A DNA stretch of 64,000 nt from Candidatus Bathyarchaeia archaeon (GCA_038882955.1 JAVZNC010000001.1:309775-373774), one strand, 5' to 3'. Counted from the first letter of the stretch, positions 19,239-29,138 are shown. Made by a program: numbers and translations. Notes: a model not told the origin generated them from the sequence alone.

Positions 19239-19622
19239 TTGTTTTCTAGTTTAGTAGTTTGGGAGGTCCTCCATTTGAAATTGGATGAGGCGAAAACCGT
19301 AGCTAACGCGGTAAACGAGTTGACTGAAAGCTATGCTGACCTTCTTCAATCTCTAAATGGGACTGTAAATACTGTTAAGGCTTCCAAAAAGTTATGGAAT
19401 AATGGAAGCAAACCATGGCTCATTAAGCTCGGCGTAGCCCTAGTGGTTTTTCCAGAGCCCGTTGTAAGCGATATTCTCGGCAGCTTGTTAATAGCGGTTG
19501 GTACTGTTCAAGAGGGGATTCGCCGTCGCGCCATCCACGTGGAGGATATACCGAAAACTTTCAAAAATATCATGAAAGAAATTCAAATAACAGAAGAGCG
19601 TGTAGTTGAAAAAACTGTTTAA
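19239..19622 (+). CDS. hypothetical protein with hydrophobic hairpin
   Basis: LIKLGVALVVFPEPVVSDILGSLLIAVG segment; start uncertain (TTG 19255 follows GGAGG). Confidence 0.6.
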   Translation: MFSSLVVWEVLHLKLDEAKTVANAVNELTESYADLLQSLNGTVNTVKASKKLWNNGSKPWLIKLGVALVVFPEPVVSDILGSLLIAVGTVQEGIRRRAIHVEDIPKTFKNIMKEIQITEERVVEKTV

Positions 19623-19669
19623 ATTTATATTTGTCACATGTTATAAACATAATATGTTTGGGGAGAGAA

Positions 19670-19822
19670 ATGAAAATCGTAACCGTATTATTACCAGAAG
19701 CTTATTTGGAAGGTTTGGATGAGCTTGTTAGGGCGAACATGTATCCAAGTAGGAGTTCAGCCATAAGGTCTGCTGTTAGGGATTTGCTGAAGAAGGAGCT
19801 TTGGGAGAGACGCGGGAGATAG
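19670..19822 (+). CDS. ribbon-helix-helix regulator (CopG/CdrS-like)
   Basis: MKIVTVLLPEAYLEGLDELV...YPSRSSAIRSAVRDLL. Confidence 0.85.
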   Translation: MKIVTVLLPEAYLEGLDELVRANMYPSRSSAIRSAVRDLLKKELWERRGR

Positions 19823-19828
19823 TTCGCA

Positions 19829-20593
19829 TTAAATGCTTGCCAAGTCTCTAATGGCTTTAGCGGTTTCAGTTGGGTTCGACGCTTGGGCTATGGCTCGTCC
19901 GACAATGAGGTAACGTGCGCCAGCCTCTAACGCAGTTTTTATTTCTCCTCCTTGGGCGCCTATTCCAGGCGAGTATATGGGAACTTTTTCGCCGAGTATT
20001 TGGCGTATTTCTTTTATCTTTTCTGGGTAAGTTGCGCCTACGACTACGCCGTCCGCGCTCCACGAGAGAGCTTTGTTTGCGAACAGAATATATTGTAGAG
20101 CTTTCTTGCCAGTTTCTGGGTCTATGACTGTTTGTCCGTAGCCCTCGCTTGCGCCTTTGTGGCTCATGTAAGCCAGCAAGATTACGCCGCGTCCAAGCCT
20201 TTGCGCCACATCAAAAATTGGTTTCATGCCTTCTTCCCATCCAATGAAGGGGTTGGCGATTAAGGCGTCAAAGCCGGCAGCATAATAGTATTCGGCGATT
20301 ACCTGGTTTGTTGAACCTATGTCATTAGCCTTACAGTCCATTATTGCTGCAAGTCCTAGACTGTGGGTTTTATCAACAAGCTTTTTGACGCCGTTGAACA
20401 AGCCTAAGGGGAGAACGAGGTGATGGTTGATTTTTACGGCGCAAATGTATGGATGAACGGCTTCGAGTACGCTTTCTGCCTTGCGGAAAAGCTTTTCGCG
20501 GTTTTCTGGCTTTTCGAAGGGAAAGTCTAAAGCCAAAACAATGTTCGACCCTTTTGCTTGAGCCGTTTTTTCCATTTTAGCGCGGAAGCTCAT
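19829..20593 (-). CDS. pyrF: orotidine 5'-phosphate decarboxylase
   Basis: LALD, DCKANDIGST, VVGAT, SPGIGAQGG, IVGRAI. Confidence 0.95.
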   Translation of the reverse strand: MSFRAKMEKTAQAKGSNIVLALDFPFEKPENREKLFRKAESVLEAVHPYICAVKINHHLVLPLGLFNGVKKLVDKTHSLGLAAIMDCKANDIGSTNQVIAEYYYAAGFDALIANPFIGWEEGMKPIFDVAQRLGRGVILLAYMSHKGASEGYGQTVIDPETGKKALQYILFANKALSWSADGVVVGATYPEKIKEIRQILGEKVPIYSPGIGAQGGEIKTALEAGARYLIVGRAIAQASNPTETAKAIRDLASI

Positions 20594-20610
20594 GTCCAGA
20601 ACACCAAAGT

Positions 20611-21306
20611 CTATTTGATTGTGGCGCTAAAAACTTTTATTGCCTCTATTTCTCCGCCAGCCACCTGCCTAATATAGGATAATGTTGTTTCTGCGGCGCT
20701 TCTAAGTTGCTCCATGTTTATTTCTGGGGCGCCATAAGCCACTATGAGCACGTTTCGCGTTTGCGCTGTAATTTTTGTGTTGTCGCAGTCGCGGTATGGG
20801 TAAATGCACAAAACCTGTCTTTCATCAGCCAAGACGAGCATTTTTTCGGTTAGGTTTATGGGCTTTGCCATGCCTATGCCCGTGAAGGTTTCGCCGTTCT
20901 TTGCAAAGCGCACATGAAATGGCGGTGTTAGGCGGTCTCTGTCGAAGCCGCTTATTGGGATTATTGTTTGCATGGAAGCCAAATTGTAGGCGTCTACCAC
21001 AGTGGATATGCGTGGAAGCTCATCGCCATGAAGGACTCTGCGTAGCAGGGCTTCGCCGGAGGGTCTCGTTTTTGTTGGGTCTATGTCGAGTTTCCAGTAG
21101 AAGTCTCTGTAGGCGCGCACTGTCGGATTGTCCTTAAGCGTTTCAATGTTGTATTTGCTTCTGGCATCCTCGTAAACGGCTTTCCTAAGTATTTGAATCT
21201 GCTCGTTATCTCTTTCTGGACACACATTGTTTATTGTGCCGATGCAGATAGCGAGTTCGGGGAACTTTGCCACAACTTGTGATTCCCATTTAACTTCAAT
21301 CTGCAT
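20611..21306 (-). CDS. stand-alone B3/4 (PheRS beta-like) domain protein
   Basis: AYRDFYWKLDIDPTKTRPSGEALLRR, VVDAYNLAS. Confidence 0.85.
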   Translation of the reverse strand: MQIEVKWESQVVAKFPELAICIGTINNVCPERDNEQIQILRKAVYEDARSKYNIETLKDNPTVRAYRDFYWKLDIDPTKTRPSGEALLRRVLHGDELPRISTVVDAYNLASMQTIIPISGFDRDRLTPPFHVRFAKNGETFTGIGMAKPINLTEKMLVLADERQVLCIYPYRDCDNTKITAQTRNVLIVAYGAPEINMEQLRSAAETTLSYIRQVAGGEIEAIKVFSATIK

Positions 21307-21406
21307 TCGCGTTTTGCCCCCTTTTTCTGATTTATGTTTGCGTTAGATATTTAACAGCTATAGACGAATTTCTTATGCAAGTTAAAGGAGATAACTGTGT
21401 GAGATT

Positions 21407-22300
21407 ATGCTCGGCGAACTTGCAGCTCTAGGCGCGGCTTTAAGCTGGACTGTTTCGGCAGTAATGTATAAAGAAGCGTTGGAAAAGACAAAGCCTATAT
21501 CAGCAAACATTGTGCGCCTAGCATCCACAAGCACCATACTAATCGGCTTCGTGTTCATTGCTGGCAAGTTCTGGGTTTTAATGGACTTGCCCTTCAAGGT
21601 AGTCGTCATGGCGTGTATAAGCGGAATAATAGGGCTTGGTTTTGGAGATACGCTTTACATGAAAAGCCTAAAGCTTGTGGGTGTTGCACGCGCCGTCCCA
21701 ATAACATGCACCTATCCGCTTTTCAACCTCTTATGGGCAACATTCTTGGCGAACGAAAACATAACTATGCCAATAGTTCTAGGCGCACTTGCCATAGTTT
21801 TTGGGATATGGCTCCTAAGCCAAAAAGGAAAAGAAGGCGTTGAAATTTTAGAAAAGAGAACGCTAGTCATCGGTGTTGTTTCTGCACTTTTAACAGCGAT
21901 AATGTGGTCAATAAGCATAACAATGATTAATTTGGCTGTTAAGGGGACCCCAGACTTGGAACATGCCCTAGCAATCAACACCATTAGAACAACGGCAATT
22001 GCAGCCTCGCTTCTGGCTTTGGCGCCGATAATTGACAGAGAACATGGCTTTCTAAAGATGCAAAAGAAAACATTCGCAGCGCTTGCCTTTGGCGGACTAG
22101 TAGCTCTTGGGCTGGGATGGTTCTTCCTAACGTATAGTTTTACGCAGACAACAGAAGCGCAAGCTGTGCCAATCTCTTCAACAACGCCGTTATTTTCAAC
22201 ATTGTCAGCGATAATCTTTTTACATGAGAAGGTAACAATAAGGGATGTTGCTGGGTCAATTATCATTGTGGCTGGAATCTTCTTAATATTCATGGCGTGA
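21407..22300 (+). CDS. EamA/DMT family transporter
   Basis: About 10 TM helices in two repeats; GVARAVPI...PLF and FLHEKVT motifs. Confidence 0.9.
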   Translation: MLGELAALGAALSWTVSAVMYKEALEKTKPISANIVRLASTSTILIGFVFIAGKFWVLMDLPFKVVVMACISGIIGLGFGDTLYMKSLKLVGVARAVPITCTYPLFNLLWATFLANENITMPIVLGALAIVFGIWLLSQKGKEGVEILEKRTLVIGVVSALLTAIMWSISITMINLAVKGTPDLEHALAINTIRTTAIAASLLALAPIIDREHGFLKMQKKTFAALAFGGLVALGLGWFFLTYSFTQTTEAQAVPISSTTPLFSTLSAIIFLHEKVTIRDVAGSIIIVAGIFLIFMA

Positions 22301-22322
22301 AAAGGAAGGTTTAATCCTACGT

Positions 22323-23423
22323 TTGCTTAGAACCAAAAATTTTATATGTGAAAAAAGTGGATTGCTGGTGTGGGTCTTGGAGACCCATCCAAATGAGATT
22401 GAAAAAATTCTAGGGAAACAAAAAGCACTTGACATCTCCATTCTGAAAAACACAACAAACAGACACAAGCTACTGCCTACGCCAGAAATGCACGCAGTCG
22501 TAAAAATAGAGTCAAGTCTACTAAAAGGAGCTAGGCGATATCTTGAAGAAAACAACTTCACAGAAGTAATAGTCCCACACATCACAAAGGCGACAGGCGC
22601 ATGCGAAAACATAGCAACAATGTTTGAATTGGACTATTTTGGACAAAAAGCGTACCTAAGCCAAACTGGACAGCTTTACCTAGAAGTTTTAACACCGTTT
22701 CTTGGAAAAGTTTGGTGCATAATACAGAGCTTTAGGGCAGAACCGCTGGCTGACGAACGCCACTTAGCCGAGTTCACTCTAATTGAACTGGAGTTCGCTG
22801 GCAACTTCGAAGAACTGTTAAGGCACATAGAAGGAGCAATCTGCTCCATGATAAACTGTGCATTAAACGAAAGAGAACGCGAACTGCAACTGCTAAACGT
22901 TGACATTGAAAGGCTCAAACGAATTAAGAGACCATTCCAAAGGATAACATACACAGAAGCAGTTGGACTACTAGCCGAGTACGGCGTCCAATGGGGCGAC
23001 GACCTAAAAAGCCACCATGAAAAAATGCTTGTCCAAATGCATGGAAACCAACCGCTTTTTGTGACGCATTTCCCAAAAGCCATAAAATTCTTCAACATGC
23101 GAGAAAATGACGAAAACCCAGCAATAGTCAACAGCGCAGACTTGCTATTGCCAATGAGCGGAGAAGCTGTTGGCGCAGCGGAACGCGAATACAGATATGA
23201 GAAGCTCTATGAACGCCTAATAAACTCCATGATGTTCAAGCAGCTTGTCGCAAGGGGCGGAAGCATAGAAGACTTCAGATGGTTCCTAGAATTCTACAGG
23301 GAACCGCGACCTCTGCACTCTGGATGCGGCGTAGGACTAAACAGAGTAACACAATTCGTCCTAGGAACAAACGACATAAGGGCAACAACAGCCTTTCCAC
23401 TAAACAAAGAGTCAATACTATAA
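22323..23423 (+). CDS. AsnRS catalytic-core paralog (archaeal asparagine synthetase A-like)
   Basis: Class II aaRS motifs YLSQTGQLY, SFRAE...RHLAEFTLIE, HSGCGVGLNR; no N-terminal anticodon-binding OB domain; start uncertain. Confidence 0.75.
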   Translation: MLRTKNFICEKSGLLVWVLETHPNEIEKILGKQKALDISILKNTTNRHKLLPTPEMHAVVKIESSLLKGARRYLEENNFTEVIVPHITKATGACENIATMFELDYFGQKAYLSQTGQLYLEVLTPFLGKVWCIIQSFRAEPLADERHLAEFTLIELEFAGNFEELLRHIEGAICSMINCALNERERELQLLNVDIERLKRIKRPFQRITYTEAVGLLAEYGVQWGDDLKSHHEKMLVQMHGNQPLFVTHFPKAIKFFNMRENDENPAIVNSADLLLPMSGEAVGAAEREYRYEKLYERLINSMMFKQLVARGGSIEDFRWFLEFYREPRPLHSGCGVGLNRVTQFVLGTNDIRATTAFPLNKESIL

Positions 23424-23521
23424 CACATCCCCTTTTTCTCTTTTTCAAACACGCCCAAGCCTATGTGGAAAGCGGTACAGTTTTATACTTGCATGTTTTA
23501 GGGAGAGTCTTGGCGGAATGC

Positions 23522-24289
23522 ATGTCAGTGTCTCCAAGTGTTCGCGAGGTTCTTGCTAGGCGCATTGCAGGCGAAATAATCCTCTCAGGTAAACCTGGCG
23601 CAACAATGCGAAAGTGGCGTGAGCTTTTCGCTGTTTCGCAGACAACCCTCTCGGACAAGATGGTTATTTCCTCTTCTGTCATTAGTGATTATGAGAGTGG
23701 TAGGCGTCAGAGTCCTGGGACGCGGTTTATTAGGCGTTTTGTTTGGGCTTTGTTGAAGATTGATGAGGAGCGTGGTGGACGTTTTATTCGCGAGTTCGCA
23801 AAGCTTACGAGTTCGCCAAGCGTGGCGGTTATTGATTTGCGCGAGTTCCCCATTCCAGTACGCGTCGAGTATTTGTGCAAAGCCATTAAGGGCGAGGTTG
23901 TCGCTTGCTCAAGCCTTTTTGTTAAGGAGGTTAATGGTTACACCGTTGTTGATGGGCGAAAAGCGGTTGAGACGCTTTCTGGTTTTGAGTATTCGCAGCT
24001 TTTGGGCGTGACGACGGAGCGGGCTTTGGTTTTCACGAATATTGGCGGTGAGTGTTCGCCTATGATGATTGTGCGTTTGAGCAGCCTAAAACCGCGTGTG
24101 GTTGTTTTTCACGGCGTTAAACCTGACGATTATTCTGTTAGGCTTGCGGAGTACGACCGCATTCCGCTTGTCTATTCGGGTTTGCCTACTGTTGAGCAGC
24201 TTGTTAAGTCTCTTCGTAAGCTTTATCGCATTGCGCTGCGGAGAAAGTTGGGTAGACCTATTCGCGCTCCGCCTAAAATTAGTGTTTAA
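23522..24289 (+). CDS. XRE-HTH transcriptional regulator (COG1709-like)
   Basis: RIAGEIILS..PGATMRKWRELF...SVISDYESGRRQSPG; start reassigned to ATG 23522. Confidence 0.85.
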   Translation: MSVSPSVREVLARRIAGEIILSGKPGATMRKWRELFAVSQTTLSDKMVISSSVISDYESGRRQSPGTRFIRRFVWALLKIDEERGGRFIREFAKLTSSPSVAVIDLREFPIPVRVEYLCKAIKGEVVACSSLFVKEVNGYTVVDGRKAVETLSGFEYSQLLGVTTERALVFTNIGGECSPMMIVRLSSLKPRVVVFHGVKPDDYSVRLAEYDRIPLVYSGLPTVEQLVKSLRKLYRIALRRKLGRPIRAPPKISV

Positions 24290-24310
24290 CGTTTAAAGTG
24301 TGAAACGCGT

Positions 24311-25213
24311 ATGATTAAGGTTGGATGCTGCGGTTTCGCGGCTAGCATGAAAAAATATTTTGAAGCGTTTGGACTTGTCGAGTTGAACCGCACTTTTTAC
24401 GAGTATCCGCGTTTGGAAACGGTTAGTGGCTGGCGTGAAAAAGCGCCTATGGCGTTTGAGTTTACGGTTAAGGCGCATCAGGATATTACGCACAAGGCGA
24501 GAATGCGCTTGGACGATGAGTGCCTTAAAGCGTTTGAGCGGATGGAGCAGATATGCAAGGTTTTGGGGGCTAATGTGCTTTTGTTTCAGACGCCTGGCTC
24601 TTTTCGCCCAGAAAAGCTTGATGATGCGGAGAAATTCTTTAGGAGCGTTGACCGTGAAGGTTTGGTTCTTGTTTGGGAGACGCGTGGTTCTGAGTGGGAT
24701 AAGCCTGAAGTCCGCGATGAGCTTGGTAGGGTTTTAAGCGGTTTGGATGTTGTGCATGTTACTGACCCGTTTCGTGTTTTGCCGGTTTACGCTGGTAGCT
24801 TAGCCTATTTTAGGTTGCATGGTTTGGGCGAGGAGCTTTATTATTATCAGTACACGGATGAGGAGTTGCGGCGTCTTGGCGAGGTGGTTAGGAAGTTTGA
24901 GGCTGGCGGGAGGACGGTTTATGTGCTTTTTAATAATCTTTCTATGTTTGAGGATGGGTTGCGTTTTGTGCAGTATCTTTCTAGTGGGAGGTTCCCGAGG
25001 GTTACGGGTTTTGTGGGTTTGGAGTCCGTTAGAAGCGTGGTTGAGAAGGCGCGTTTTCCAGTGTCGAAAAGTGTGCTTGTTAGGCGTGTTGGTTGGAGGC
25101 TTGTGGAAGTTGAGGAGGGTAGGCAGGTTAGGCTTTCGGAGCTTTTGGATTGTTTGCCGTCTAGGGCGTTTAGGAGTGTGGAAGAGGTTTTGGAGGGTTT
25201 GAGGGGGTGTTAA
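24311..25213 (+). CDS. DUF72 protein with C-terminal extension
   Basis: VELNRTFY, FTVKAHQDITH, LFQTPGSF, YFRLHG, YVLFNN. Confidence 0.9.
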   Translation: MIKVGCCGFAASMKKYFEAFGLVELNRTFYEYPRLETVSGWREKAPMAFEFTVKAHQDITHKARMRLDDECLKAFERMEQICKVLGANVLLFQTPGSFRPEKLDDAEKFFRSVDREGLVLVWETRGSEWDKPEVRDELGRVLSGLDVVHVTDPFRVLPVYAGSLAYFRLHGLGEELYYYQYTDEELRRLGEVVRKFEAGGRTVYVLFNNLSMFEDGLRFVQYLSSGRFPRVTGFVGLESVRSVVEKARFPVSKSVLVRRVGWRLVEVEEGRQVRLSELLDCLPSRAFRSVEEVLEGLRGC

Positions 25214-25217
25214 GGGT

Positions 25218-25838
25218 TTATGTTGAGCTGGTTAGGTTTAGTTCGTGGATTTTTGCTTTGAGGGTTTGGAAGTCTTGGGTGAGTTGCTGTTTGTATTTTG
25301 GGTTGTAGAGGGCGGCGGCTGGGTGCAAAGTTGGAAAGACTGTTATGTTTATGCCTAGAATTGTTGTTTGGTGGGGTTTGCCGCGGGCTTTTGTTATGCC
25401 TTTGAATGGTATTCCAGCTTTTGTGAGGATGTAGGCGGTTGAGTGGTTTCCTAGGGTTACGATTAGTTTTGGTTTTATGGCGGTTATCTGCCTATCCAGG
25501 TACGGTGTGCAGGTTTGGATTTCGGCGGGGGTGGGTTCGCGGTTGCGTGGCGGGCGACATTTTACGACGTTTCCAATGAAAACTTGGGTTCTTGGAATTT
25601 CAGCCTCGGCTAGTAGCGTGTCTAAAAGTTTTCCGGCGGCGCCGACGAAGGGCTTGCCTTTGACGTCTTCCCAGTAGCCAGGAGCTTCGCCGATGAACAT
25701 GATTTTCGCGTTTGGGTTGCCCTCGCCTGGAACAGCGTTCTTTCGCGCCTTGTGCAGCGGACATTTTACGCAATGTATAACTTCAGCGGCTACGAGCGCC
25801 AATTCACTCTGTTCTTGCATGGTTTTTGCCTTTCGCAC
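25218..25838 (-). CDS. udg: family 4 uracil-DNA glycosylase
   Basis: CVKCPL, GEAPG, PFVGAAG, NVVKCRPPRNR, HPAAALY. Confidence 0.93.
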   Translation of the reverse strand: MRKAKTMQEQSELALVAAEVIHCVKCPLHKARKNAVPGEGNPNAKIMFIGEAPGYWEDVKGKPFVGAAGKLLDTLLAEAEIPRTQVFIGNVVKCRPPRNREPTPAEIQTCTPYLDRQITAIKPKLIVTLGNHSTAYILTKAGIPFKGITKARGKPHQTTILGINITVFPTLHPAAALYNPKYKQQLTQDFQTLKAKIHELNLTSST

Positions 25839-25931
25839 ATCTTATGTTTTGAATGCTTTTATTAACGAACAATGCAGATTTAAATTTGGTTGAAGGAAAT
25901 TAAGAATTATTTGGGATAAGGTGAGTAGGGA

Positions 25932-28778
25932 GTGCCAGTTGTTCCTGAGAGGAGCATTCATGTTGAGCTTTATCGTGTATTCAAGAATGTTATTGCTCAG
26001 AAGTTTTCTGTTAACGATATTGAGTTTGTTAATGTTAGTTTTGAGCCTACTATCGACGGGAGACCGGATTTGGTTATTGAAGCTATTGAAAAGGGTAGGA
26101 AAATATCCTTGTTGGTTATTGAGACTAAACGTAAGGTTCCTTTTGTTGACCCAAAGTTTGACCCGTATAGTAAGGATGTGATTAGACAGGCTTCTGGTTA
26201 TGCTGTGGAGTTGGGTGCTCCTTATTTTGCTACGTGTAATGGGGATGTTCTTGTTTTGTTTGATACTTTTACTGCTGGTGTTCCCTTACCACAGAGGAGA
26301 TTAAAGCATTATAAGGTTTCTTTCAATGAGGAATTTGCTAGGACGATACTTGAAGAGGTTTGTCGTTTTAGAATTGGTATAGGTAAATGGCTTGAACTTG
26401 ATGATGTTTTTCTGCAAAGACTTAGGACATTTCACACGTTCATTACTCCTTTTATTTTGGAATCGTTGAATAGACAATTAAGAGAGAATTTAAAGTTTAA
26501 AGAGGAGTACGTAAGATGGCTTAAGTCGCAATTTTTTGAATACTCTCCAGAAATGAATGAAAGGATTGCTGAGCAACTTGCCTACATTCTCATGAACAGA
26601 TTAACCTTCTACAAGACATTGGAAGCCCAGATTCCATCCTTGCCTAAGCTAACAAAAATTGAAACCGAAGACCCGAAAGAATTCTCGGAAAAGCTTAGGG
26701 GAATCTTTGACAAAGTCTGTAAAGATGTAGATTATGAGGCTATTTTCGAACCGCACGCAATTCTTGACCAAATTCTCTTACCTAAGAATCTAATCTACAC
26801 TTTGAACGATTTCATTGAGGAGCTCGGAACCTACGATTTATCCAAAATTAGAAGTGATGTTATTGGTAGAGTGTATGAAGAGCTTATTCCAGATGTGGAA
26901 AGGCATAGGCTTGGACAGTATTATACTCCGCCACCAATAGTTGAGTTAATAACAGAAATGTGTATTAAATCATCTAACGATAAAGTTTTAGACCCGGCAT
27001 GTGGAAGTGGAAGCTTCCTCGTTAAAGCTTACCATAAGCTAAAGGATTTGAAGAAAAAGGAAAATCCGTTTGCAGATGAGAATAGGCTACATGAAGAGAT
27101 TCTCAACCAGTTATATGGTGTTGATATAAACCCGTTTCCAGCACAACTCTCAAGCATAAACTTAGCGATCAGAAACCTCAGAGTCCCAAGTAGGCACATG
27201 AACATCATAGTAAGCGATTTCTTCAAAGTTAAACCCTCCATAGGCGTTATCCCAGAAATAGATGTCGTAGTCACTAATCCACCATATACAAGACAAGAAG
27301 AGATGGAATATAAAGATCAGATTAGAGAAGAAGCATTAACATACTCTGATGGTTCAAAGATTAACTTAAGTGCTCAAGCTGGAATCTATGCATATTTCTT
27401 TACTCACTCAGCAAAGTTTCTCAAGAATGGAGGAAGAATGGGTTATATCACATCTAACACATGGCTTGATGTAGCATTTGGAGAGGGCTTGAAACAATTC
27501 TTCCTTGACCATTTCAAAATATTGGCAATAATAGAGCATGATGCTGGAGTATTTGAAAAGGCAAATGTTGATACTTGCATAGTAATTCTTGAAAAAGCTG
27601 AGGGGCAACACTATAAAAATCAAAGAGAATCTAATTCCGTTAGATTTGTGAGAATAAAGAAGCCTTTCGAAATAAGTAGACTGATTTCTCTTGTGGCGTC
27701 AGTAAATACAGATTATGAAGATGATGCAATTAGGATACACCTAAAAAAGCAAGGTGAACTTAGCTCTAAAGAAAAATGGGGAAAATACCTTAGAGCACCA
27801 ACAGTATTCTATAAGATGATAGCAAATCCAAAAATGAGTATTTTAAAAGAAATGGCTAAAGTCAAGCGAGGTTTCACAACTGGTGCGAATGAGTTCTTTT
27901 ATCTGGATAATGAAAAGGCAGCACATTGGGGAATTGAAAAGAGATATCTGCATCCAGTAATAACCTCTCCAAGATACTTAACGAAATGCATAATTGAAAT
28001 CAAAGATATTGCTGAATATGTGCTTTTAGTTAATGAACCTAAAGAAAATTTAAAGAATACAAATGTCTTGAAATACATTGAACATGGAGAAACTTTAAGT
28101 TTTGAAATAAAAAGGGGAAAGCACAGAGGGCAAAAAGTTCAAGGCTATCAAAATGTTCCAATGATAAAAAGTAGAAAATTATGGTATGCCTTAGGTTCAA
28201 AAGACATAGCTCCATTACTTTTCCCTTGTAAGATTAGAAAGCGATGTTTCTTTGCTTGGAATAAAGCTAATGCATACGCTGACAAATCTTTCTATGAAAT
28301 TTTTCCGATAAAGAAAGATATGGTTCCCGTCTTAGCTGGTTTGTTAAACTCAACTTTAACGATGCTCATGATAGAGTTACACGGAAGACTATATGGTAGA
28401 GGATTATTAGAGTTAGAGGTATATGAATTGGAGAATCTTCCATTAATTGATATAACTAAGCTTACACAGATTCAAAAGGACAGAATTAAGGATGCATTCT
28501 TAAAAATCGTCGATGCTCAGAACAAAGGTGATGAGAAGTTGGAGCAAGAAGCAAGGAAAGAGCTTGATGATGCTGTGTTTGATGTTCTTGGATTAACTGA
28601 AGATGAGCGTAGGCAAGTGTATGAAGGTTTAGAGGCTCTTAGGAGAATGAGGCTTCAGAGGAAAGAGGTTGAAGTTTTGGTTGAAACTGCTGAGCAATGG
28701 AAACCAACCAAAAAACCTAAGAAAGAAAGGATAAAATCAGTTGAACCTTCTAAAAGACTTGATACATGGATAAAATAG
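25932..28778 (+). CDS. fused restriction endonuclease/N6-adenine methyltransferase (Type IIG-like)
   Basis: N-terminal PD-(D/E)xK (RPDLVI...IETK), GQYYTP, DPACGSGSF, NPPY, C-terminal TRD region. Confidence 0.85.
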   Translation: MPVVPERSIHVELYRVFKNVIAQKFSVNDIEFVNVSFEPTIDGRPDLVIEAIEKGRKISLLVIETKRKVPFVDPKFDPYSKDVIRQASGYAVELGAPYFATCNGDVLVLFDTFTAGVPLPQRRLKHYKVSFNEEFARTILEEVCRFRIGIGKWLELDDVFLQRLRTFHTFITPFILESLNRQLRENLKFKEEYVRWLKSQFFEYSPEMNERIAEQLAYILMNRLTFYKTLEAQIPSLPKLTKIETEDPKEFSEKLRGIFDKVCKDVDYEAIFEPHAILDQILLPKNLIYTLNDFIEELGTYDLSKIRSDVIGRVYEELIPDVERHRLGQYYTPPPIVELITEMCIKSSNDKVLDPACGSGSFLVKAYHKLKDLKKKENPFADENRLHEEILNQLYGVDINPFPAQLSSINLAIRNLRVPSRHMNIIVSDFFKVKPSIGVIPEIDVVVTNPPYTRQEEMEYKDQIREEALTYSDGSKINLSAQAGIYAYFFTHSAKFLKNGGRMGYITSNTWLDVAFGEGLKQFFLDHFKILAIIEHDAGVFEKANVDTCIVILEKAEGQHYKNQRESNSVRFVRIKKPFEISRLISLVASVNTDYEDDAIRIHLKKQGELSSKEKWGKYLRAPTVFYKMIANPKMSILKEMAKVKRGFTTGANEFFYLDNEKAAHWGIEKRYLHPVITSPRYLTKCIIEIKDIAEYVLLVNEPKENLKNTNVLKYIEHGETLSFEIKRGKHRGQKVQGYQNVPMIKSRKLWYALGSKDIAPLLFPCKIRKRCFFAWNKANAYADKSFYEIFPIKKDMVPVLAGLLNSTLTMLMIELHGRLYGRGLLELEVYELENLPLIDITKLTQIQKDRIKDAFLKIVDAQNKGDEKLEQEARKELDDAVFDVLGLTEDERRQVYEGLEALRRMRLQRKEVEVLVETAEQWKPTKKPKKERIKSVEPSKRLDTWIK

Positions 28779-28837
28779 CAACAAATTTTCTAGAGGGGGA
28801 TAGTCAATTTAGCAAATTGGAAAGTCGTAAGATTGAC
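28779..28837 (+). repeat. G-string direct repeat, copy 1
   Basis: CAACAAATTTTCTAGAGGGGG...ATTGAC; first 21 nt are 20/21 identical to 29401-29421; begins right after the R-M stop. Confidence 0.75.
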
Positions 28838-28926
28838 ACCGAACAACCACGAAGTTTGGTTGCTGTGCATGTAAACAAAGTACTTTTATATTCAATGACA
28901 GCCTTATATCACCTAAGTGCACAAAC

Positions 28927-29133
28927 GTGAACATAACCGTCACAGAAAACCAACTAAAACTCGTTCTACAAAAACTAGACTCCGTCAAACTGGAACTCTT
29001 AAGACTTAGAGCAATGCTCCTACCAGAAGAAGAACTAACCGAAAAAGAAAAGAAAGAACTAGAAGAAGCAAAGAAGGAAATCAAAGAAGGCGCAACAACA
29101 ACCCTAGAAGAACTAACCAAAGAACTAGGCTGA
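28927..29133 (+). CDS. antitoxin-like protein
   Basis: LPEEELTEKEKKELEEAKKEIKEG...TLEEL, typical archaeal RelB-like tail; directly upstream of a RelE-like gene. Confidence 0.75.
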   Translation: MNITVTENQLKLVLQKLDSVKLELLRLRAMLLPEEELTEKEKKELEEAKKEIKEGATTTLEELTKELG

Positions 29134-29138
29134 AACAA

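Noticed and set aside
23279-23521. N-terminal extension of the XRE regulator (likewise EF-1beta, histone, eS26, trpB2 and thrC-like extensions in the ORF track)
   Set aside because: The extensions overlap upstream genes or promoters; downstream starts fit family N-termini and RBS positions
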